Source: Octopus bimaculoides
Lineage: Eukaryota
Length of the DNA stretch: 64,000 bases
Direction: 5' to 3'
Assembly (NCBI RefSeq): GCF_001194135.2
Contig: NC_068991.1
Span: forward strand, 54,764,028 to 54,828,027
Positions 26,254 to 38,508 of the stretch are shown piece after piece. How positions within the stretch are numbered: position 1 is the first letter of the stretch; every line of letters starts with the position of its first letter. Below the pieces are notes generated by a model. That model was given only the letters and a program-made list of their open reading frames with translations. It was not told the DNA's origin and did not search any database. A program made the translations under genes and the position numbers.

Positions 26254-26796
26254 CAGGATGATTGAAAAGTAACTCCCTATTTTAAAATACTTATAAATTA
26301 TTTATTAATTGTAATTTTTACAGAAGAATAAATATGAGAGGAAAGCTTTTGATATGAGGTTTTATTAAAAATTCGATATGGGCTCCAAATGTCACCACCA
26401 GCTTCTTGAGTCACCTAAGAATTGCATCAACTGATTTCACCAGGAACTCTTGTGGGATGGAAGACATAACTTCTCGTATTCGCCCTTCAAGTTCTTCCAA
26501 AGTCTTTGGTTTGGCATAGTAGACTTGTTCCTTTAACCACCCCCGAAGAAAGAAATCACAGGGTGTTAAATTGGGATTTTTGGCTGGCCACTCATGTGGA
26601 CCACAACGACCCATCCATCTCCCAGCAAAGTGGGCCTTCAGCCATTCACAAACAACAAGAGCAAAATGTGGAGGGGCACCATCTTGCATGAAAATCAAAT
26701 CTTCAATATCAATATTCTCTCAAGCACTGATAGCTGGCCAGATCTCATCTTGCAGCATAGTGAGGTACTGTAGGGAGTTACTTTTCAATCAACCTA
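26254..26796 (-). mobile_element. Internally deleted Tc1/mariner-superfamily element retaining the transposase catalytic C-terminus
   Basis: 26-bp TIRs CAGGATGATTGAAAAGTAACTCCCTA (2 mismatches), TA at both ends; ORF 26411-26698 has QDGAPPH...WP..PNLTPCDFFL.G.LK. Confidence 0.9.
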
Positions 26797-26992
26797 TATA
26801 TAAGATATCTTTTTTTAATTGATTATATTTCCTTTCTGATCCTCGACAGAAAACTTATTACCAGTCATAGATTTTTTTTGTTTTGTTGATTAGAATAAAA
26901 AAAGAATTGAGAAATTGTTGGAAAACCTAAACAACCAAAATGATTATTCATTTATTTCTGTTTATTTGTATTTATTTTCCACTTATTTCTAG

Positions 26993-27052
26993 GGTTCTTC
27001 AAAATCAATAGTCATGATGGAATGGGATAAAATATGGGCAATCAACAAAAAG
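26993..27052 (+). CDS. EPRS1: EPRS exon 13, GluRS
   Basis: tttctAG / gtaatt; GSSKSIVMMEWDKIWAINKK. Confidence 0.97.
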
Positions 27053-27356
27053 GTAATTTTTCATTCCAAAAATAGTTCTTGTTATTCTACTTCTTTGAGC
27101 AATGGAAAGTATTTTAGTAGCAATTTATGATTGAATATTTAATTTCTTTTATAAATGTTAACTTCTGAGACTGAATTATTCTAATGCATCATTTATTTTA
27201 GCTTTCAACCATCCATTCACTTGCATTTTTTTCTCCAAACTGGCAAAGTATGAACCAGTTAATTGTTTTTGTTTTTTTTTGTGTGATTGAGTGTGTTGCT
27301 TAGTGTCTTTCCAATGATAACCACAGTTAAGTCTGTCTAATTGCACATCTTTGATC

Positions 27357-27692
27357 GGCGATCTTACGGTACGAGTCCAAAATATCGGCCTTTTCCATAA
27401 AAAGTGTCTTCAGCGATCTTTACCAAAGATCGACCTTTTCCGTAACACCTGCACGATCTTCACTACGGTGTTAGGGGGTTAATGTTTAGGGTTAGGGACG
27501 GAATTCCCTAACCGAAACCCAAACCCTAACCCCTTGAAAAGAAATCGCGCTCTCTGTATCTCTTTCGCTTTTATGACGTTTCCCTGTTTCTCTCCAACAC
27601 TTATAATGGAAAAGGTTGATCTTTGGTAAAGATCACTGAAGACACTTTTTACGGAAAAGGCCGATATTTTGGACTCGTACCGTAAGATCGCC
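27357..27692. mobile_element. Non-autonomous DNA transposon (MITE), Merlin-like, with 87-bp TIRs
   Basis: TIRs 27357-27443 and 27606-27692 (83/87 match) start GGCGA; 8-bp flanks CTTTGATC / TTTTGATC (7/8). Confidence 0.85.
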
Positions 27693-27973
27693 TTTTGATC
27701 ATTTAACCTTATTTATGAACCAGTGTCCTAGAAGGTTGAGCAACTTTGAAAAACATTCATCATTGGTTCAATGTTTCAAGGACTGTAAAGAATGGTGCTA
27801 AACCTAACTAAAGCTTGGTATCTCTTGTCTAACGGGTTATAAAAATATAATTATGTTGTATTTCTATATCAAAGTTAGTTGATTGGAGGAGCTTAATCAC
27901 ATATACTTGACAAAACCAAAGTTTTAATGTATTTCTGTATTGGTAATACTCAGTATATTATAATTCATTCCAG

Positions 27974-28084
27974 GTTATTGATCCAATTGTCCCAAGATAT
28001 ACTGCTCTGACTAAAGACAGAGCTGTTTCTGTTACTGTTAAAGATGCAATCCCTTCATCAAAAGAAGTAGCAAAGCATCCCAAG
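27974..28084 (+). CDS. EPRS1: EPRS exon 14, GluRS anticodon-binding region
   Basis: ttccAG / gtttga; VIDPIVPRYTALTKDRAVSVTVKDAIPSSKEVAKHPK. Confidence 0.97.
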
Positions 28085-28532
28085 GTTTGATAATTTTTTT
28101 AATATTTTTTTCATTAAAATCATCCTTTAACTGATGATAGATAGTTTTTTTTTGTTTTTTTTTTTGTTAACTGCAACCCTCATTGCCATAATATATGGTA
28201 GCCCTACAGCAGTTCATTCCTTCTTTCAGATATATGTATAATAGAAACTGAAAGAAACCCATCATATATACAAACATATAGCCCATACCTGCATGGAAAA
28301 CAGATGTTAAAAGATGATAGATATATATGTTTCCACATTAGAAGCACTGGTGCTGATGCCACATAGAAAGCACCCAGTACACTTTGTAAAGTGGTTGAGA
28401 TTAGGAAGGGCATTCAGCTATAGAAACCATACCAAAGCAGACAATAGAGTCTGGTGCAGCCCCCAGCCTTATCAGCTCCAGTCAAACCCATGGAGAATGG
28501 ATATTAAGTAATGATAATGATGTATACATATA

Positions 28533-28731
28533 CAAGGGGCTGTTGGAAAATTCCTGGTTTTAAGGGTATATCACAAAAGGCCTGGCTGGAGGCCCAACCT
28601 TCCAAGTTCTTTAACAGGGCTTAGAAAAACTGAAGGACTACTGCAGTGAGTGTGTGAATCTGAGAGGGAAATATATTGAATAAAATCATAATTAACTGAT
28701 CCTCCTGTATTTTCTTTTACCTAAAGCCAGG
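28533..28731. mobile_element. Mariner-derived MITE remnant
   Basis: TA-CAAGGGGCTGTTGGAAAATTCCTGG terminus, a mariner-like 3' coding tail and a partial second TIR (CTAAAGCCAGG). Confidence 0.45.
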
Positions 28732-29693
28732 TACAAGTGAGGTTATTCATTTCCAATTTTCCATGGAAAACATATCTGGCCACAGGGCAAAATATTACCT
28801 TACTCAGAAGTAGGTGACAGTTGGCAACAAGAAGGGCATCCAGCCATAGAAAATTTGCCTCAGAAAATTCCCTCTAATCCATGTAAGCATGGAAAAATGC
28901 AGGTTAAATTATGAAGGTGATGTTTCATTCCATTGTAAGTTTGTGCAATAATAAACATAATCTATGGTTATTAGGCAGTCAAGCATTTCTATCTATTTAG
29001 TGTATTAAAACTGACCAATCCAGTTGCTATGGGTTTCATAACTTTTATATGCAGATTCCCCTAAATCAAGCTTATTGAGTAAATTATTTTGGTTTCAAAT
29101 TTTGGCACAAGGCCAGCAATTTCAGGGAAGGGGCTTGATCAACTGCATTGACCCCACTGCTTAAGTGGTACTTATTTTATCAACCCCAAAAGAATGAAAG
29201 TTAATTTCAATGAAATTTGAACTCAGAATGTAAAGATGGACGAAATATTGCTAAGCATTTATAATTGGACTTTGGACCTCACTGAAGAAATGACAAGGAA
29301 CTGGGAGATGTGGCAATTAGCTGTACTTGATAAGCTGTGTCAAGCTAAGAAATAGTGCTGTCTTCTACACACAAGTCTTGTCCTTTCGTGTGCTGGTGCC
29401 AGTGCTGTATAAATGCACCTGTGACAGTGGCACATAAAATGCACCCAGTACACTCTGTTAAATAGTTGGCATTAGGAAGGGCATCCATCCATAGAAACCA
29501 TGTCACAACAGACAATTGGAGTCTGGACATCGCAGGTGGCCAGCTCCATGTCAAACCATCCAACCCATGGAAAGCGGATATTAAATGATCATCATCATCA
29601 TGATAAATTACATCGATTATAGAATATGGTGCTAGCAGTGACAATGGTATTCACGGGGATTTTATATGAATTTGTTACTTTTCTATGTTTTAG

Positions 29694-29830
29694 AATGATT
29701 CTGTTGGAACAAAGCTTGTATGTTATGGACCTAATATTATTATTGAAAAAGAAGATGCTGAGTCCTTGAAAGAAGGAGAAATTGCAACATTCATCAACTG
29801 GGGAAATCTAAAAATTGAATCAATTAAAAG
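29694..29830 (+). CDS. EPRS1: EPRS exon 15
   Basis: ttttAG / gtaagt; NDSVGTKLVCYGPNIIIEKEDAESLKEGEIATFINWGNLKIESIK(R). Confidence 0.97.
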
Positions 29831-30659
29831 GTAAGTTTATAATGCTAATTATCACATTTTCTAATTGAAAACTCCACAATTTTTTGCATTGGAATTTTGT
29901 TTTTCAAATTTTTCTGTTTTCTAAGGTAAAAAAGCATAAGAGATCTGCCCTTCCCCCTTAAAGAGTCAAATTCCTAATGTCTTTCTTTCAATTAGGTGCC
30001 TGCATGGCTGTTAGGTTGGCTGCTTCCCAACTACATGGTTTTATATTCAGTCCTGCTATGTCACACCTTGGAAAGTCTTCTACTGTAGCCTCAGCCCATC
30101 CAATGCCTTGTGAGTGGATTTGGCAAATGGAAACAAAAAAGAAGCCTATTGTATACATATGTATGCATGTGAGTGTGTATGTTTGTATCTCCTTATGTTG
30201 ACAATAAATGAAAGTTGTAAATGAGTGTCACTGTCATACAAGCACTATCATTCATTTCCAATATTCTGTGTAGTTAAGAAATTCTTTTTGCAGTTATGTG
30301 CTTTTAGTTTCAATTTCACTTCACAGCACTTTTGGCAAGTGTCTTCTATCAAAGCCTTGTGAATAAAATTTGGTTGTCAGAAAATGTGTAGGAGCCTCTC
30401 ATAGGGACCATTCTTGTTTTTGTGGAGTAGATTTCATCAGTCTCTTAGTCTTACACCACCACCTACAGCCCTGGTCTCTATATGTATTGACAGAATTACA
30501 CTCAACATTATAGCTCTATTTCGTTTTAAATATTCACAGAAATACACTTAGCATTATAATTCTATTAAATGGAAATGTTCACAGAAATATGCATAACATT
30601 GTATCTCAATTTCGTTTAAATGTTGACAGACATTTTGTCTTGCAAATTACTCAGCAACC

Positions 30660-30815
30660 CTGCTGGTGCCATGTAAAAGGCACATATGCCAATGCCATGT
30701 ACAAAGCACCTGTGGTAGTGCCGTGTAAAAAGCACATGTGCCGGTTTCATGTGGAAAACATGCTTGTCAGTTCCACATAATAAGCACATGTGCCAGTGCC
30801 ACATAAAAAGCGCCC
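30660..30815 (+). repeat. Tandem array of six degenerate 26-nt units
   Basis: Same unit family as 20174-20355. Confidence 0.8.
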
Positions 30816-31032
30816 AGCATACTCTGTAAAGTGATTGGCATTAGGATGGGCATCCAGCTGTAGAGACCATGCCAAAACAGATGACTGAAGCCTGGTGCAG
30901 CTCTTGTCAAATCATCCAACCCTTGCCAGCATGAAAAACAGGCGTTAGATGATGACGATGACGATGGCAGACACGGCAGCAGCATATACTTGATGCCTTC
31001 ACAAAACTAAATTTCAACAATTGTTTTATTAG

Positions 31033-31087
31033 GAATGCTGCCGGTGCTGTATCTAATATTGTTGCCAGCTTGGATTTAGAAAACACT
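31033..31087 (+). CDS. EPRS1: EPRS exon 16
   Basis: ttattAG / gtgagt; NAAGAVSNIVASLDLENT; phases fit both neighbours. Confidence 0.93.
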
Positions 31088-32018
31088 GTGAGTTAATTGA
31101 TTTTTTATGTTATTTACATTGTTCTATTTTGTAGTTTATTTACATTTTGTAGATTATTTTTTTGTATTACTAATTGTATTGTTTTTATATAATGCACACT
31201 ACTATTTCTGGAAAGTGAAAGAAAACTATAAGTCAGTGCATATATAATATGCCCTGGCTTCTCTTTTAGATTATTCTTTAACCCCTTAGCATTTAAACTG
31301 ATCATATCCAGCCCCAATATTTAACCTATTTTATATTCAAACTGGCCAAATCCAGTCTCTCACACCTACCCTACAATGTCATTCTAAAAATAAACAATCA
31401 CATTACGAAATCTCAAAGCTATGAGATTATGTGAGTAATTCAAAACATTGTGAATGAATAAGCAATGCATTTGATGGAGTAATATGAATGATAAAAGGTT
31501 CAAAGAAGCATTGTCATTAAAAATGAAATAATAAAGAATGTAAAAAAAAAGTAATTTGATCTTCGTGAATTCCTAAAACAAACAAATGAAGGAATGCTTA
31601 AAATAGATGAATCATGTACTATCTTTGTTTTTCTTTCAAAACGGTCCTTAACTCTTTGAAGAACTCTTACTGAATTGAAAAATATAAGCCAGTAAAAATC
31701 TCTGGTGCAAATGCCACATAAAAAGCACCCAGTACATACAGTAAAGTGGTTGACATAAGGAAGGGCATCCAGCCATAGAAACTATGCCAAAACAGACAAT
31801 GCAGCCTAGTGCAGCTCCCAGCCTTACCAACTCCTGTCAAGCTGTCCAATCCATGCCAGCATGGAAAACAGATGTTAATTGATGATGATGGTGGTGGTGG
31901 TGGTGATATTGTAGTACTAGTTGTAAAAAGATTTCAGTTATTCATTTTGTTTTTAATAGTTTCTTTAAAGAAAAATGTTTTTTCTCCTTTGAATATTTTT
32001 ACTCTTTTACAATTTCAG

Positions 32019-32171
32019 GATTATAAAAAAACACAAAAACTCACCTGGTTACTTGATTCTGAGGAGTGTCATTTAGTGCCTACAGTTGCAGTTACCTTTG
32101 ACCATATCATCTCGAAACCATTGCTGGGTAAAGATGAAGATTTTAAACAATATGTAAACTACAATTCTAAG
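32019..32171 (+). CDS. EPRS1: EPRS exon 17
   Basis: tttcAG / gtaact; DYKKTQKLTWLLDSEECHLVPTVAVTFDHIISKPLLGKDEDFKQYVNYNSK. Confidence 0.97.
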
Positions 32172-33554
32172 GTAACTAATTTAATTTTGGTTTCAGTTAT
32201 TAAAACTACATTTTTGTAATCAAACTTGCTATTCACTCAGTAAAATATTTCATATATTTCTTGTAGTATCTCAGAATTATTGATATCTTTCTTTATACAG
32301 TTCCTTCATTGGTTTTAGTTATCTCATCCACATATTTATATGTCCCTCTCATAAAAAAGCAATTTCACTGGATTAATTTATTTTATGTACTGTTGTTATT
32401 GTTGTGGGTTAGCCTTGTGTCTGGTGAAACAGGGATGTGATCATAATCAGGATTTTCTAGTTTTTTCAGACATGGTTTATCTGAAACTACATTGCCCAAT
32501 GTATCCTTCTCTTTTTTAAAGATAATCGAGTGCGATTTGAGTAATGTGACTGATATTTCTAGCAGATCAGCAGACCACATACCAATCGCTTATTGGCTAG
32601 TCATATTAATATACTGGCATAGGTGGAAGATTCACATTGCTTAAGGCATGCCATCTTGATTCTATGATTATTTATTTTCATTCAGAATAAAAAACAATTT
32701 TTTTAACTTCAGAACTGCAAACTACTGGCAGGCATGGTAAGAAGCTTGCTTCCCAACCACATGGTTCAGGGTTCAGTCCCATTATGTGGCACCTCTTCTA
32801 TTATAGTTTCAGGCTAACCAAAGCCTTGTGAGTGGATTTGGTAGACAGAAACTGAAAGAAGCCCGTCACAGCNNNNNNNNNNAAGCTTGCTTCCCAACCA
32901 CATGGTTCAGGGTTCAGTCCCATTATGTGGCACCTCTTCTATTATAGTTTCAGACTAACCAAAGCCTTGTGAGTGAATTTGGTAGACAGAAGCTGAAAGA
33001 AGCCCGTCATATATATATGTGACAGTGACTTAGCAGTTCAGCAAAGGGATCAATAGAATAAGTACCAGGCTTAAAAGTAAAAAAAGTGCTGGGATCAATT
33101 CATTTGACTAAAAATTCTTCAAGGCGGTGCCCAAGCATGGCTGCATTCTAATGATTGAAACATATAAAAGATAGCAAAAATGCTTGTCAGTTCCATAATA
33201 CTGTTGCCAAGCCATCCTGTAGTTACTGCTTACAGTTAGGTGGACTAAACTATTGAGACTCCAGTTTCTTGGCTATGGATCTACTGCTGGTTCCTCTTTT
33301 GACAGCTTGGTATGGCCACTGGTTTACTTTCTGATTAACACATAAAGAATAGACACTTTATTAAGGAGAGATATTTTATGTCTCTCTTCTTTGGCTGGCA
33401 AACAAATGGACTAAGTATATCTCCCTCATAGCTTCTCTATAACATCTGCTATTCTTGTTAGACTGCGTATCTCTTGCAGTTATAGAACAGTGTTATTCCA
33501 TTCCAATTAAATATTAAATAATTCTTATGAATTTTTCTTTGTCATTCTCTTTAG

Positions 33555-33667
33555 AAAGAAGAACTTCTATTGGGAGATGCCGCTTTAGCAACTTTAAAGA
33601 AAGGAGACATTATCCAAATTCAACGGAAAGGATTTTTCATTTGTGACCAACCTTATGAACCTCTGAG
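33555..33667 (+). CDS. EPRS1: EPRS exon 18
   Basis: ctttAG / gttcgt; [37 protein letters not shown](S). Confidence 0.96.
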
Positions 33668-33847
33668 GTTCGTCTTGAAATATTTTCGTTAACATTTAAA
33701 CTGTTGTTGTTTTATCATTTCCATTAACCGTTAAATCATACAGTTTTTTTGCATAAGTTTGTATTGATTTGTAGATAGAATAACTTTTTTATCTCTTTGA
33801 TCTGTATGTTTCATTATAAAGCTTTTAAGAAAAATACACTATCAACA

Positions 33848-34010
33848 TAGGTGCAGGCATAGTTGTGTGTTAAGAAGCTTGCTTCCTAACCACATGGTTC
33901 AGGGTTCAGTTCTACTGCATGATACCTTGAGCAAGTGTCTTCTATAGCCTCAGGCCAACCAAAGCCTTAAGAGTGGATTTGGTAGACAGAAACTGAAAGA
34001 AGCCTGTTGT
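33848..34010 (+). mobile_element. tRNA-derived SINE with a CORE-like ACCTTGRGCAAG segment (representative copy)
   Basis: tRNA-like head GTGTGTTAAGAAG...GGTTCAGT, then GTGGATTTGGTAGACAGAAACTGAAAGAAGCC. Other copies at about 7353, 8708, 13135, 15363(-), 16605(-), 16875, 23770, 24480, 25565, 29995, 32727, 40780, 43508, 46795(-), 59488(-), 59815 and 63375. Confidence 0.85.
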
Positions 34011-34492
34011 TTGTGTAAATATATATATATATATATATATCTGTACTATATATAAAACAGAGGTGTGTGTGTAATCGCTTTTCACATGAAAATGGCTTCA
34101 CTATTTACTTCCATACTTGTGATACATAAATAATTTGACCTTGGATAAATCTTAGGCTCTTCATTTGATTTTTTTTATCTCTAATTAAAAATAAATAATA
34201 TTGCTTTATATTTAAGATTCACTTCTTTAAAAAGGTTTCTCAATGACAACTTCCGGTACGGACGTGAAAAAACGGCGACGTCTCTCACTCTCTACTACGA
34301 TCAATTACTGAAATACATATTTACGAAGTTCATAAATTTCAATATTCCGTACAAGATAGTTTTTAAAGTGCTTTTATTTATACGATTTTTGGGCGTTCCA
34401 TGTTCATCTCATATATTCTCTCTGTTGTCATATGCATCCATCATTTTTGGATGTATGTGTGTGTGACAGTGAGAGAGCGGTGTGTATGTAGT

Positions 34493-35143
34493 ACTAGCAG
34501 AGGCACCCGGCGTTGCTCGGGAATGAAATTGTTGCTTATATACTTGAAGAAAAAAAAGGCAAAATATGCTGTGTAGAAATTTGAGAGGACATTCTGTAGA
34601 TGGACTCTCAGATGAATGATGGCTGGGCGCCTCTCATGAATGGGGAAAATTGAAGATGTGCCAAAAAGCCTCATTGGTACTTGGAAACTTTTACGAAAAT
34701 TAAAATGGGGATTAAATGAAAAAAATGATTAACGTGAATATCCTCACAAGAGTAATTGAAATAAATGTTGATTGTGGAACCCCCCCACGCATACACACGT
34801 GAGTCTATGTAAATATGTTTGTATACATTTATGTATGTGTGTTTGTAAGAGACAGAGTGTGAGTGAGAGAGAGAGATTTGTTGTCATGTATACGTACATG
34901 CATAAATATACATACATCTTTGGATGTATGCATATGACAACACAGCTCTTGACTCACTCGCACTCTGTCTCTTACAAACATGCACGTGCGCGCATACACA
35001 CGTGTGTCTTTGTAAATATGTTTGTATACATTTATGTATGTGTGTATTTGTAAGAGACAGAGTGTGAGTGAGTCAAGAGGTGTGTATGTGTGTGTCAGAC
35101 AGAGTGAGAGAGCGGTGTGTATGTAGTATTTACTCTCTCTCTC
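34493..35143 (+). mobile_element. Helitron-like non-autonomous element with (CA)/(GA)-rich interior, running into a gap
   Basis: ACTAG...CCCGGCGTTGCTCGGG subterminal hairpin at 34493-34521. Confidence 0.5.
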
Positions 35144-36337
35144 NNNNNNNNNNNNNNNNNNNNNNNNNNNNNNNNNNNNNNNNNNNNNNNNNNNNNNNNN
35201 NNNNNNNNNNNNNNNNNNNNNNNNNNNNNNNNNNNNNNNNNNNNNNNNNNNNNNNNNNNNNNNNNNNNNNNNNNNNNNNNNNNNNNNNNNNNNNNNNNNN
35301 NNNNNNNNNNNNNNNNNNNNNNNNNNNNNNNNNNNNNNNNNNNNNNNNNNNNNNNNNNNNNNNNNNNNNNNNNNNNNNNNNNNNNNNNNNNNNNNNNNNN
35401 NNNNNNNNNNNNNNNNNNNNNNNNNNNNNNNNNNNNNNNNNNNNNNNNNNNNNNNNNNNNNNNNNNNNNNNNNNNNNNNNNNNNNNNNNNNNNNNNNNNN
35501 NNNNNNNNNNNNNNNNNNNNNNNNNNNNNNNNNNNNNNNNNNNNNNNNNNNNNNNNNNNNNNNNNNNNNNNNNNNNNNNNNNNNNNNNNNNNNNNNNNNN
35601 NNNNNNNNNNNNNNNNNNNNNNNNNNNNNNNNNNNNNNNNNNNNNNNNNNNNNNNNNNNNNNNNNNNNNNNNNNNNNNNNNNNNNNNNNNNNNNNNNNNN
35701 NNNNNNNNNNNNNNNNNNNNNNNNNNNNNNNNNNNNNNNNNNNNNNNNNNNNNNNNNNNNNNNNNNNNNNNNNNNNNNNNNNNNNNNNNNNNNNNNNNNN
35801 NNNNNNNNNNNNNNNNNNNNNNNNNNNNNNNNNNNNNNNNNNNNNNNNNNNNNNNNNNNNNNNNNNNNNNNNNNNNNNNNNNNNNNNNNNNNNNNNNNNN
35901 NNNNNNNNNNNNNNNNNNNNNNNNNNNNNNNNNNNNNNNNNNNNNGTTTTTATTTTTTGTTCTTGTAATAGTAGTTTGGCAAAAGCGACCAATAAACGAA
36001 GTACCTAGGCTTTAAAAAAATAAGTCCTGGGGGTCAATTTGTTTGGCTAAAAAAACCTTTCAAGGCCGTGCCCCAGCATGGCCATAGTCAAATAACTGAA
36101 ACAAGTAAAAGATAAAATTGAATAAATAGACAGATCAAGAATCACTTAAAGAATATAACTTCTATTTACTCACTTTTAATAAATTATTGTAAAATATTCT
36201 CTGAGACAATTTCCAAGTAAGCAATACAATTACATGTATGTGTGTGTGTGTGTGTACACATACTGAAAACCCAAACTATTGTCACACTATTTTAATTACT
36301 TTTAATATTTTTCCATCTGTTTCTATTTCTATTGAAG

Positions 36338-36464
36338 TCGTTTCTCTGGCTTAGAAAGTCCATGTGTCCTTTTCTATATACCTGATGGTCATCAGAAAGA
36401 GAAGTCAAAATCTGGAGTGTGCGATAAACAACAACAGCCTCATCAAGAAATCAGTGCTAAAGAA
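36338..36464 (+). CDS. EPRS1: EPRS exon 19, end of GluRS and start of linker
   Basis: ttgaAG / gtaagt; RFSGLESPCVLFYIPDGHQKEKSKSGVCDKQQQPHQEISAKE. Confidence 0.93.
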
Positions 36465-37929
36465 GTAAGTCTTCTCATAAATGATTGTTATCTACAGTAT
36501 GTTTCTTACTTGAAAGGGTTGTAAAAACTGCTGAGCAACTTTTATAGGAAAGATCAATAGAATATAGATTTGGCCTGCTTAAATCTCTTCTGTGATATAG
36601 AATTGTCAGAAGAGTTGCTCGGGTTGAAAATATTACTCAGTTAGTTTTTTGATTATAACTATTTCATAGATTTTTTATTTACAGATTAACTTCTATATCA
36701 ACAGATCACAGAATTTCATAGAGATCTGCCCATTAGCTTAGTGCACTACAAGTTATATTAACAGGCGTTGTCTATAACTTTAGATGTTAGACTAAGAGGA
36801 ACATGTTGTGTAAAGTCTTAATAAACTGGCACCCTGTCAATTATGACAATCAGGGTTCCAGTTGATCCGATCAGTGGAACAGTGATCCGTTCATGAAATT
36901 AACATGAAAGTGGCTGAGCACTCCACACACACACATGGCCTTAGCATAGTTCTCAGGGAGATTCAGCATGACACAGAATATGACTAGACTGTCCCTTTGA
37001 ATTACGGGTACTACTCATTTTTGACAGCTGAGTGCACTGGAACAATGTGGAATAAAGCATCTTGCTCAAGGACATGATGTGTGATCAGATATCAAACTCA
37101 GAACCTTACAATCGTGAGCCAAATAAACCTAGTCACAAATCCATGCATATGAAATACACTAAGGACAACAGATGAATAAAATGGCCAAGACTACATAGAA
37201 TTGGCTTGGAATAGATTTTAGTACCAACAAAAATCAGCAACAGGTTGACAGAATCATTAGCATGTCAAACAAAAAACTTAGCAATGTATGTTCTAGCTCT
37301 TTGCTTTGAGTTCAAATCCACCAAAAGTCTGTTTTGCTTTTCATCCCTTTGAGGTCGATAAATTAAGTACCAGTCAAGTACTGGGATCAACATAATTGAC
37401 TTTTCCTCTCCCCTCACAATTGCTGGCCTTTTACCTTTCAACAGACCAGTGTCCTATTCAGGGCGATGTTGTAATTTTTGTCACCAAGGTGAACAGGTCG
37501 CTTACCTTATGAATCCTTAAGCTCAAGAAAAAAAAGACATAACAAATCAGCATCACTTTATTCTTCCTCTATTTCTTTATGTATATGTTCATCACTGTTA
37601 GTGTTGCCAGCTGAAGAGAGTAGAGTTTGGTATGCAAATCTCATTGGGTAAAAACATACCCATTGCCTTCACCAGTTGACTTTAAAGACCAGATCCACTC
37701 AAATCTGCATTGTCTATAGTATCCTAACATTTCAGTTGGCTGATATTACTGGAGTTATCTCATTTGTTTTCTTTACATTTTTGCATGTTCCCAAATGGGA
37801 ATTTTTATCAACTAATTGTTTGGATAATGTTGGTCATATGTTTTCAATATTATATATTATACACATATTAGACCCCACCACATTTGCAATGTATAGGATA
37901 TTCTCATTTATTTTCTCTCAGCCATATAA

Positions 37930-38160
37930 AAGGTGCATGGCCTAGTGGTTAGGGTATTGCACTTGTGATTGCAAAATTATGGTCTCAATTCCTTGACCAT
38001 GCAGTGTATTGTATTCTTGAGCAAAACACTTTATTTCATATTGCTCCAGTTCACTCTGTGATAAATGAATGACCCTGCAATGAACTGGCATCCTGTTCAG
38101 AGTGGTATGTTATGATCCCGGTCGTTTATATGTCATGGAAAGCAAGTAACCAACCCTATG
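37930..38160 (+). mobile_element. tRNA-derived SINE, third family (representative copy)
   Basis: GCATGGCCTAGTGGTTAGGG A-box head and TTGAGCAAAACACTTTATTTCA. Reverse copies at about 9480, 21540, 21860, 36830, 50760 and 57300. Confidence 0.7.
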
Positions 38161-38358
38161 AATTTTAGAACTCTTTACAGTAAAGTTCAATATTACTGAA
38201 AGTAAATGTTACCAGTTGGTCAAACTACAGCAGCTATTTACCAGAATTTACTTCATGTTAGAAATGATTTACACAACAGAATCATGGCATATGTAATCAT
38301 CTCCAGAGAAGGTTTTTTTTGTTTTTTTTTTACTTGAAATACTTTTTTATTCCTTCAG

Positions 38359-38508
38359 AAAGCACAAAGTAAGAAAGGAAAATCGGCTGAAAAATCTCCA
38401 CAAGAAGAATTCCCCCAAGTGTTTTCTAAAGAAGCATTGGATGTGGATACTCAAATCCAACAACAAGGTGCTATTGTTCGTAAACTTAAAGAAAATAAAA
38501 CTGCCAAG
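38359..38508 (+). CDS. EPRS1: EPRS exon 20, linker and WHEP1 helix 1
   Basis: cttcAG / gtatgt; ...LDVDTQIQQQGAIVRKLKENKTAK. Confidence 0.93.

Noticed and set aside
28131-28137. Other CTGATGA words (28131, 48098, 63054)
   Set aside because: None has a hairpin followed by GAAA or complementary flanking arms.
32727-33010. Tandem SINE duplication; likewise 44900-44995
   Set aside because: Near-identical sequence on both sides of a 10-N gap is the usual signature of unmerged overlapping contig ends.
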